Shown here: one piece after another, positions 57,015-64,000 of the stretch
How positions within the stretch are numbered: the first letter of the stretch is position 1
How the letters are laid out: every line of letters starts with the position of its first letter
Notes under the pieces: model-generated
The model's input: only the letters and a program-made list of their open reading frames with translations
The model's database searches: none
What the model was told of the DNA's origin: nothing
Origin: an uncultured Thermodesulfobacteriota bacterium
GTDB lineage: Bacteria; Desulfobacterota; GWC2-55-46; JADFVP01
Direction of reading: 5' to 3'
DNA: 64,000 nt
Assembly: GCA_964605225.1 (NCBI GenBank)
Contig: CAZSAY010000001.1
Coordinates: 7,663 to 71,662 of the forward strand
Program-made: the position numbers and the translations under genes

Positions 57015-57416
57015 ATGGAGCAGTCAATCCTGATCATGGCGGATATACTCATAACAGCCCTTATGCTCTACGTTATCTTTAAAATGGGCAAAATGAGGCC
57101 CCGGGCCGCCCTTATGGCAAACAGATCTTCCGAAGAGGCCCTCGCTTCCCTGCGAAAAAAGATAGATGAGCTTGGAGGCAGGGAAGTGGAGATGACCGTA
57201 AAACAAAAGAGGCTTGGCGAGATCATAGAGCGGCTCGATCAGGCCCTTGAGGACGTACAGGCGGCCCCGCTTTCGGAGATAGACGATGAGGCCCATTACA
57301 TCGCCGCCCGGAATCTCCTTAAGAGTGGTGAGCCCGTTGAGAAGGTTATAGAGATGTTTAACATTACACGGGGTGAGGCCGATGTATTGACCTCCATAAA
57401 CGCCATGGCATCGTAG
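57015..57416 (+). CDS. small membrane-anchored coiled-coil protein with C-terminal HTH-like segment (possibly DUF2802-like)
   Basis: N-terminal TM (ILIMADILITALMLYVIFKM), coiled coil, C-terminal YIAARNLLKSGEPVEKVIEMFNITRGEADVL resembling a short HTH; RBS aaggagataagATG. Confidence 0.45.
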   Translation: MEQSILIMADILITALMLYVIFKMGKMRPRAALMANRSSEEALASLRKKIDELGGREVEMTVKQKRLGEIIERLDQALEDVQAAPLSEIDDEAHYIAARNLLKSGEPVEKVIEMFNITRGEADVLTSINAMAS

Positions 57417-57872
57417 ACCTTGGCCTGCCATGACCCCGATTATCCTTTAAGGTTTTTTTTCTTCAGTCTATCTCACATCCGGAGGCACCATTCAATACTC
57501 CGGACCCCGCCCCCCTTCCCGCAGCAACATTCCTCACTACAGGGTCGTCCCGCAACTTGGGACGGCCTTCCTCCTTTTATGGGGTGTACATTTTATTATG
57601 AAGTGAACATTTTTCTGTGCAATGTCAAATCTCTGACTTTTTGCGCTCCTCCCCTGTAGTCCATACCTCACCGCTCCCAATGATTGGGTACGAATGAACT
57701 CAGGCGCAAAAAGTGCCGCAGAGGGGGTGCCTGTCTCCATCTCTTCACCCTATTATTCCCTTGTTACCCCTCCCGTTTTCTCCTGAGAGGGCCCTTTTCC
57801 AGGTCTGGCCCGTTTCTTGCTTATTAATATAAGCGAGAAGTTCACACATAATTAAAATAGAGAGGGGGGGGT

Positions 57873-58655
57873 ATGGTTATGACAATGAAGTCTCTCACAT
57901 CAGAACTTATGCGTGACTTGAGGGGACTTGTTTTGCTGAACGGGATTTTTTTCCTGACGCTCGTGGCGGCCGAGTTTCTTTCCCTGCAACAGGCGTGGAT
58001 GACACCGGCGCTTTTATTGGGCGCTCTGGTCTTTTGCGGTGTGAATTATTTTTTCATATTTAACTACTTCAAGGTAAATACGGAGCGCCGTCTGGAACGC
58101 TCCTTCGATGAGCTCCGTTCGAGCATGAGTTTCGACGAACTCACAGGCGTTTATAACAGAAAAGCCGGCATGGCACGCCTCAAGGAAGAGTACGCCCGCG
58201 TAGGCAGGACAGAGCGCAAACTGACCCTTGCCATGGTTGATGTGGATAACTTCAAGTTCATTAACGATTCGTGCGGCCATCAGGTGGGCGATCAGGTGCT
58301 TCGCCATATCTCTACGGCAATAAAACACTGGCTCCGTGAAAACGACGTTGTCTTTCGCTACGGCGGTGATGAGTTTCTCTTAATACTTCCTGAAACAGAT
58401 GAAAAACAGGCCATCAACCCCCTTGACAGGTTGAGAAAGAGACTGGCGGATCAGGTCCTGATAGGCGGCGTTAATATCAAGCCCTCTGTAAGCATAGGTG
58501 TGGCCACCATGCTTGACGGAGATGAGAATGCCGATGGGATGATAGGCCGCGCGGATCGTGCCCTCTACAACGCCAAGAAGAGAGGCCGCAACAGGGTCTC
58601 GCTTATGAACGAGAGGGATAAAATGGTCCGTAATCTCAAGGTCTTTAACGGCTGA
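57873..58655 (+). CDS. membrane-anchored GGDEF diguanylate cyclase
   Basis: Two N-terminal TM segments; GGDEF domain with ELTGVYNRKAG, MVDVDNFKFINDSCGH and active-site RYGGDEFLLILP. Confidence 0.8.
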   Translation: MVMTMKSLTSELMRDLRGLVLLNGIFFLTLVAAEFLSLQQAWMTPALLLGALVFCGVNYFFIFNYFKVNTERRLERSFDELRSSMSFDELTGVYNRKAGMARLKEEYARVGRTERKLTLAMVDVDNFKFINDSCGHQVGDQVLRHISTAIKHWLRENDVVFRYGGDEFLLILPETDEKQAINPLDRLRKRLADQVLIGGVNIKPSVSIGVATMLDGDENADGMIGRADRALYNAKKRGRNRVSLMNERDKMVRNLKVFNG

Positions 58656-58816
58656 GTGTTTTCGGAGGGCTTTTCTTGATTGACCTCTACGGCGAAAAAC
58701 CTCTCGTTCTCAGGCGGAACCCATAGTCTCTCTTTCGGGGATGGATGAAACCCCTTGACCGGAGCCCCGCCTGCCCTGTAGTCTTATGAGACAATCTCAA
58801 AGACAGGGAGGCGGCC

Positions 58817-59554
58817 GTGAAAAGAGTTGACGAGGCATGGAAGCATGAGGAGCAGGTAAGGGTTTTTTTAGAGAATATAAGGGGGGCCATACCCTTTTTA
58901 GAGGCCCAGCTCGATACCATGATGAGGCTCATGGAGGGGCTCCCCGTTCGCTCCTTTCTCGACCTTGGCTGTGGCGACGGTATCCTCTCTCAACAAATAT
59001 TATCAAAATATCCGCTGGCAAGGGGTACGCTCCTCGATTTTTCAGGGGCCATGCTTGAAAAGGCCCGTGAGGGCCTTAAAGGGAAATCCAGGCGTCTGGA
59101 TTTTGTTGAAGCCGATTTTTCCAATATCAACTGGCCCGAAAGTGCCCTCGGGCCGGGGAAAAAGACCTTTGATGTTGTCGTATCAGGGTACGCCATACAC
59201 CATCAGTGCGAAGATGTGAAAAAGGCTATCTTCAAGGCTATTTTTGACCTGCTGAAGCCGGGAGGGCTCTTTGTAAACATCGATCACATTGCCTCCCCCA
59301 CGGAGCGCACCAGAGAGATATCCAACGATTTTTTTATTGAGAGACTTAAGGCCTTCCACGAGGCAAAGGGAGGGGCAGGTGACTTTGAGAAGGTGAGGGA
59401 TATTTTTCGAAGGAGAATGGCCGAAGAGGCGGGGGTCCTCTCAACACTTGGCGCTCAGTTCCAATGGCTCTCGGAATGCGGTTTTATCGAGGTGGATTGC
59501 TTTTTCAAGTCCTTTGAGCTGGCCGTTTTCAGCGGACGCAAACCCCTTACCTGA
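58817..59554 (+). CDS. class I SAM-dependent methyltransferase
   Basis: Motif I LDLGCGDGILS, motif post-I LLDFSGAML, motif II VVSGYAIHH; GTG start. Confidence 0.75.
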   Translation: MKRVDEAWKHEEQVRVFLENIRGAIPFLEAQLDTMMRLMEGLPVRSFLDLGCGDGILSQQILSKYPLARGTLLDFSGAMLEKAREGLKGKSRRLDFVEADFSNINWPESALGPGKKTFDVVVSGYAIHHQCEDVKKAIFKAIFDLLKPGGLFVNIDHIASPTERTREISNDFFIERLKAFHEAKGGAGDFEKVRDIFRRRMAEEAGVLSTLGAQFQWLSECGFIEVDCFFKSFELAVFSGRKPLT

Positions 59555-59558
59555 ACCA

Positions 59559-60779
59559 TTAATTACGGGAGACGCTGAGGAGGCTGTAGACGAATTGGCC
59601 GTGAATCTTGAGCTCATCTATATCAAAGTCTTTTGGGAAGGTTGAGAAAGGTGTCGAGAGCTTCAAGGCCGTAATGGCCGCGTCATCAAGTATGGCGTAC
59701 CGCGAAGACCTGCTTAGCCTTATATCGGAGACGGTTCCGTCTTTTTTTATAGTAAAGTCTATGAAGAGTTTTCCTTCCCAGCCGCGCATGGCGGCAGACC
59801 TCGGGTACTCCCAGTACTGCTCTATCTTGTGCCTGAGCTCTATGAGATACTTCTGATACTTGAGCTCTGAGGTATTGAGCATAAGGGTCTTGCTCTTTGT
59901 CTTGGGCCCGGAGCCCTCGTATCTGCGCGCCAGCTCCGAGACCTTTCTGTCGCTAAGCAGGAGGTTGGGTCGGGAGCGCGCCGAAGGCGCGCTTGCCACG
60001 GATTTATTTTTACCGGCATCGGGGCGTAGCGTTTCTCCTCCTCCGCCTTTTTCATGGCCAGTGCCTTTTCCTGCGGCTAGGGTAGTTTTTTTTACATTGT
60101 CCTTTATTTTTTCCTCTCTCTTCGGAGCTTTTTTTTCTTTACTCCTGATTACCATATCGCCATCCTGTAATGGCAGGGCCTCCGGGGAGCTTAATTTGGC
60201 CTCTTTAAGGGGCGCTTTTTTTGCAGATGCTACGCTTTCCTTTTTTTCCGGAGCGATTCTCGCCTTTTTCATGCCCTTGCCCCTGGCAGCGCCTTTTTTG
60301 GTCTTGAAGATCCTTCGCGGTTTAGATACACCGGCGGTTTTTTTTACGGCCTTTGCCGCCTTTTTGGCCTTTGTCACCCTTGAGACCCTGGTTTTATGTC
60401 CTGCCATGGCACCGGGTACGGGACGAATCAGTACGGCCTTACCGCCGGGTATATTCTCTTTTTCAACGACGTTCGTCTTGTCTGCATAGCGTTTTGGCTT
60501 TTTCGGAGGCTTTCCCCCGCTACTGGTGAGCTTATAATCAGGGGGCAGTTCCACAATCTGTACATATTCGGGTTTTTTCATCTCAACCTTTCGCCGCGCC
60601 AGCCAACCACCCTGTTTACTCAGAGTAGGGATAGCCCACAAGAGGGCTCCATGGAGGCATAGAGAGATGATAAGAAAGTATTTGAGCCCTTCCGGGCCAT
60701 GGAAAAAAGATTTTTTTATTGACACGATACTCTTATTCTGCCAGAATTTTAAGATAGGGTAATATTTTACATTATACAC
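59559..60779 (-). CDS. TonB-family energy transducer-like protein with long Lys/Pro-rich linker
   Basis: N-terminal TM (YFLIISLCLHGALLWAIP), extended basic low-complexity linker, C-terminal TonB_C-like domain (YPRSAAMRGWEGKLFIDFTIKKDGTVSDIRLSRSSRYAILDDAAITALKL). Confidence 0.65.
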   Translation of the reverse strand: MYNVKYYPILKFWQNKSIVSIKKSFFHGPEGLKYFLIISLCLHGALLWAIPTLSKQGGWLARRKVEMKKPEYVQIVELPPDYKLTSSGGKPPKKPKRYADKTNVVEKENIPGGKAVLIRPVPGAMAGHKTRVSRVTKAKKAAKAVKKTAGVSKPRRIFKTKKGAARGKGMKKARIAPEKKESVASAKKAPLKEAKLSSPEALPLQDGDMVIRSKEKKAPKREEKIKDNVKKTTLAAGKGTGHEKGGGGETLRPDAGKNKSVASAPSARSRPNLLLSDRKVSELARRYEGSGPKTKSKTLMLNTSELKYQKYLIELRHKIEQYWEYPRSAAMRGWEGKLFIDFTIKKDGTVSDIRLSRSSRYAILDDAAITALKLSTPFSTFPKDFDIDELKIHGQFVYSLLSVSRN

Positions 60780-60846
60780 TTATTTTGCCCGAATTTTCCA
60801 AAGAGGCAAAATCACTTACTTTTAGCACATATAATGGAGATAACCC

Positions 60847-61020
60847 ATGTTTGGACTGGGAACGACCGAGCTTGTAGTAATACTGGTCATTATACTCATA
60901 CTCTTTGGCGTTGGAAAACTGCCGGAGATAGGTTCCGGTATGGGTAAGGCTATAAAAAACTTCAAACAGGCCGCTGACGATAACGAAATAGATATAACCC
61001 CGAAGGAAGAAAAAAAGTAG
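60847..61020 (+). CDS. tatA: twin-arginine translocase subunit TatA/E (57 aa; not in the supplied ORF track)
   Basis: MFGLGTTELVVILVIILILFGVGKLPEIGSGMGKAIKNFKQAADDNEIDITPKEEKK: the classic TatA TM-hinge-amphipathic helix pattern (FGxGxxELxxIxxxxLLxFG…LP); RBS ggagataacccATG. Confidence 0.8.
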   Translation: MFGLGTTELVVILVIILILFGVGKLPEIGSGMGKAIKNFKQAADDNEIDITPKEEKK

Positions 61021-61319
61021 CCCTCTTTTTGGCAAGATGGTAGATTGGTAACATCTTGCCGGGCCTTTGCATCGCCTTATCGCTTATACCTTGATGAGAT
61101 TCATCCCCCTTTTTCGAGCAACGGGAGAGACATGCATGAAGTTCTCTTTCCCTGCATTTTCCTACCTTACTTTGTTCCGCACAAAATTTATCTAATATAA
61201 AAATTATATACTTTAAGAATCTTTTTTTGAATAAATCATAAAAAAAACCCTCTTTTTTATTAGACGGCTACGTTAGAGCGGTAAAGTGTATTTTTGTGAA
61301 AGGTTGTAAAAGAAGGGCC

Positions 61320-62870
61320 TCAACGCAATACATCTATGCCGTACTCGGCAACAGCCTTATTAAGGTCCGTAAAGAGTATCATTGTCGGTATAGTCGATCT
61401 TTTGGGCATGGTGCTTGCTGATGTATCTCGAAATGATCTGAGTAGCGTCTCAAGAGGGAGGTTTCTAAGGTCCTGGGCGGTTACGACCCTTCCGGGTGAG
61501 ACCTTTTTGCGGGCCATCTCGTGCCCCGATGAGTCCATTACCAACCCACGTATTCCGCTTATCTTTACGGGGCCGTCAGTGAGATTCTTTATCTTCGTCA
61601 TTATGACGAAGATCTTTTCGCCGTCTTTGTTTACCACGTAATAGCCCTTTGCGGATTCTATCCTAAGGGGCGTTTCTCCCGAGGGCTCCGTCATAAGGGA
61701 TGATTGGGGCCTTGTTTTCAGATATATAACTCCCCCGGCCATGGCGATAATTATTACGATAATCGCTATCACCGTGGAGATACCCGATTTTTTTATTACT
61801 TCAGCTTCCGGCTCCGCAGGTGTATGGGGGCTGGAAAATGTCTGGCCCGGTAAGGTGGCATCATCTGCCGTCTCAGTATAATCATCAAGGGCCTTTTCCG
61901 CGTTAGAGGCCGCTTTAATGAGTTCTTCGCTAAAGGAAGGAAAAGATTCGCTCTCTTTATTAGAGGGGCCGGGGACTTCATCTGAGCCCCCCGTATCAAT
62001 TGGGCCATTTACATCAACCGCTTCTTCTTTACTTTCCGGGACACTCTCAACTTTTTCTTCCCGAACTGTCTTTTCTACTCCTTCACCCCCATTATCAGGA
62101 GGCACATCCTCATCATCAACACCGTTAAGGTCAACGGGCGCGGTGCCTTCTTCTTCGGAGGGCTCATCATCAGCGCCGCCTGCCTCGTCATTTTGTGGTT
62201 TATACGCATCGGCGCCAAAGGATAGGTCAAAGGTGTTTGCGCTTACCTCCCAGGGTAGAGGCGCTTCTTTACTTTCTTCCGTGGCGGGCTTTGCCTGCTC
62301 CGGGGTCCCATGGGCATTTTCTTCGTCTTTGTTTTCGGATTGCTGAGGGCCGTTCCAGGGCTCGTAAGAAGGTTCGTTCATTTTTCCGGTGATATCTTCC
62401 GCTTCGTCCTTTGCTTCAGTCTCGCTCTCCCGGGCAGTGGTGGGATCTGCTTCAAAGGATATGTCCCATCTATCCCTTTTATCTTCTACATCTACACCGC
62501 CGGATGTATCTATGTTTTTTTCCCTGTCCTGCTCTTCGTGTTTTTTGTCCTCAGCCGGTACTGTTCCGGAGTCGTCGGGTCTCGTATCAAAGCCGGCCCA
62601 GGGGTCTTCGGGAGGGCCTTTTGTCTCCTCTTTGACCTGGTTATTTTCATGGGGGGCATTGTTCTCAGGCTTCCGCTTGTTTCTTTCCACGCCTGTTGCG
62701 GGGACTATAAAAATATGGTCGCACTTTGAGCATTGAACTTTCACAGAGGCGTGGGACAACCTCGATGCGTCAAGGCGGTATTTTGTATCACATTTTTCAC
62801 AGCTGATAATCATAACTTCTCTCGTTAAGGCACTTATATGTGACGCGATGGTATCCCTTTTTTTTAACAC
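61320..62870 (-). CDS. zinc-ribbon (MJ0042-type) protein with acidic disordered linker, TM and C-terminal periplasmic DUF3426-like domain
   Basis: N-terminal CEKCDTKYRL...VKVQCSKCDHIFIV double CxxC zinc ribbon; ~300-aa Glu/Asp/Pro-rich low-complexity region; one TM (VIAIIVIIIAMAGGVIYL); C-terminal beta-rich domain. Confidence 0.6.
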   Translation of the reverse strand: MLKKRDTIASHISALTREVMIISCEKCDTKYRLDASRLSHASVKVQCSKCDHIFIVPATGVERNKRKPENNAPHENNQVKEETKGPPEDPWAGFDTRPDDSGTVPAEDKKHEEQDREKNIDTSGGVDVEDKRDRWDISFEADPTTARESETEAKDEAEDITGKMNEPSYEPWNGPQQSENKDEENAHGTPEQAKPATEESKEAPLPWEVSANTFDLSFGADAYKPQNDEAGGADDEPSEEEGTAPVDLNGVDDEDVPPDNGGEGVEKTVREEKVESVPESKEEAVDVNGPIDTGGSDEVPGPSNKESESFPSFSEELIKAASNAEKALDDYTETADDATLPGQTFSSPHTPAEPEAEVIKKSGISTVIAIIVIIIAMAGGVIYLKTRPQSSLMTEPSGETPLRIESAKGYYVVNKDGEKIFVIMTKIKNLTDGPVKISGIRGLVMDSSGHEMARKKVSPGRVVTAQDLRNLPLETLLRSFRDTSASTMPKRSTIPTMILFTDLNKAVAEYGIDVLR

Positions 62871-63096
62871 AGGGGCGCATTTTTTGCAAGGGGCTTTGCT
62901 CTCCCGCTATCCGTCTTTATAGCCGCATTGACTGCTCCTTCACTTGACCTGAAGGGGGCTTTTTTGGCTTCCATCTTGCCCCGGATGGTAAAATGGCTTA
63001 TAATCAGTAATTCCGGGTTGGCAAAAAGTGATAAGACCTTTATCTTTTATCTTGTGAGGGGCCAACCCCATAATATTTCTCTGGAAAGGTTATCTT

Positions 63097-63570
63097 ATGC
63101 TACTAAAATTCGCTCTTTTTCTTCACATTGCCTCGGCCATATTCTGGGTGGGGGGGATGTTGTTCATATCCCTCATACTCGCGCCATTTCTCATGACACT
63201 GCCCACCCCGCAGGAGAGGTCAAAGGTCTATCAGGTGGTGGGCAAAAAATACCGCCGCTACGGCTGGACGGCCATAATCATACTCCTTATCACAGGGCCA
63301 ATTGTCTTTCATGGGCTTCACGGCCTCTGGCCTCACGCCATATTCACCGCCCCCCTCCATGGCACGCCCCTTGGCAGGGCCCTATCCATAAAACTTACCT
63401 TTGTGACCATCCTTGTCATATCAAGCCTTGTCCATGACTTCTGGCTTGGCCCAAAGGCGCGCGGCTCGAAGAGGTTTACCACCATAGCCAAGGTCTTTGG
63501 GCGCTCTAACCTTGTCCTTGGAATAATCATCGTTATATTCGCCGTATTCCTGAGGCTCGGAGGTATATAA
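63097..63570 (+). CDS. small polytopic membrane protein (4 TM, unknown function)
   Basis: Four hydrophobic segments (ALFLHIASAIFWVGGMLFISLILAPFL, GWTAIIILLITGPIVF, LTFVTILVISSLV, LVLGIIIVIFAVFL). Confidence 0.5.
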   Translation: MLLKFALFLHIASAIFWVGGMLFISLILAPFLMTLPTPQERSKVYQVVGKKYRRYGWTAIIILLITGPIVFHGLHGLWPHAIFTAPLHGTPLGRALSIKLTFVTILVISSLVHDFWLGPKARGSKRFTTIAKVFGRSNLVLGIIIVIFAVFLRLGGI

Positions 63571-63581
63571 GAGGCCCTTTT

Positions 63582-64000
63582 ATGCATAAGTTCAACCCCA
63601 GTCATATCGGCCGCCTATTAAGCGGTAAAAGGGTTAGAGAGGTCAAGCCCCGCCAATTTCTTTTGAAAACCGGCCTTGCAAGGGGCCAGGTCTTTGTAGA
63701 CATAGGCTCTGGGCCGGGTTTTTTTACGCTCCCCGCGGCACGTATCGTTGGGGCCCGGGGCGTGGCCTATGCCGTTGATACGGAGCCCCTTATGCTCGAA
63801 GAACTTAAGAAGCGAAACCCGCCCGCCAATGTAAAATGTATCCTTTCCCGTGAGAGCTCTGTTCCCCTCTCTGATAACATCTCCGATCTTCTCCTCCTTG
63901 CCCATGTCCTCCATGAGGCCGAGGCTAAATCTGTTTTTGTCCTTGAATTGAAAAGGCTCTTGAAATCCGGTGGAAAGCTCCTTGTCCTTGATTGGAAAAA
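63582..64000 (+). CDS. class I SAM-dependent methyltransferase, 3' partial (runs off the window)
   Basis: VFVDIGSGPGFFTLPAA motif I and AYAVD post-I motif; the ORF is open at the window end. Confidence 0.65.
   Translation, partial: MHKFNPSHIGRLLSGKRVREVKPRQFLLKTGLARGQVFVDIGSGPGFFTLPAARIVGARGVAYAVDTEPLMLEELKKRNPPANVKCILSRESSVPLSDNISDLLLLAHVLHEAEAKSVFVLELKRLLKSGGKLLVLDWK

Noticed and set aside
63618-63914. 98-aa minus-strand ORF
   Set aside because: Antisense to the 3'-partial SAM methyltransferase gene, which has clear motif I (DIGSGPG).
1-64000. Search for tRNA/rRNA genes, integrases, transposases, toxin-antitoxin or defence systems
   Set aside because: None recognized by eye: every sizeable ORF is accounted for by flagellar/chemotaxis/signalling or envelope functions, and no cloverleaf-like or rRNA-like segments were apparent. 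A tRNAscan/Infernal run would be needed to be certain.

Overview
This window is almost entirely a flagellar, chemotaxis and c-di-GMP supercluster from a diderm bacterium (GC roughly 50-55%; organism not identifiable from sequence alone). The genes are mostly on the + strand in a Bacillus-like fla/che order. From 5' to 3' it contains: (i) a putative flagellin-modification module (a 5'-truncated B12-type radical SAM enzyme, a large unknown possibly carbohydrate-active protein, a Maf/DUF115 motility-accessory glycosyltransferase, and a hypothetical protein); (ii) fliC-fliD-fliS-fliT-like plus a PilZ protein; (iii) divergent motB-motA; (iv) a FleQ/FlrA-like sigma54 activator, a secreted AMIN-polyLys-TPR protein, and a FleS/FleR-like two-component pair; (v) flgB-flgC-fliE-fliF-fliG-fliH | fliI-fliJ-ylxF-like | fliK-flgD-flgE | fliL-fliM-fliN-fliO-fliP-fliQ-fliR-flhB | flhA-flhF-flhG-fliA, then a HEAT-repeat protein, cheR, a receiver, cheY, cheA, cheB and a second motA/motB pair; (vi) convergent HDOD and a giant multi-sensor HD-GYP phosphodiesterase; (vii) cheW-mcp, a small TM/coiled-coil protein, and a GGDEF cyclase; (viii) a SAM methyltransferase, a TonB-like protein, tatA, a zinc-ribbon/DUF3426-like protein, a membrane protein and a 3'-partial methyltransferase. 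Motifs visible in the sequence suggest near-consensus sigma54 (-24/-12) promoters upstream of the TPR/fleSR, fliK and fliL operons, sigma28 promoters upstream of fliC and cheW, and a consensus sigma70 promoter upstream of the master regulator. No tRNA, rRNA, CRISPR array or obvious mobile element was seen. Unusual points: G-tract-rich tandem-repeat islands inserted at fliH|fliI and flhB|flhA (and a C-tract island at ylxF|fliK); a degenerate ~40-bp repeat array in the 5' leader of the master regulator; a fliG apparently lacking a canonical start codon; two stator sets; and dense c-di-GMP wiring.
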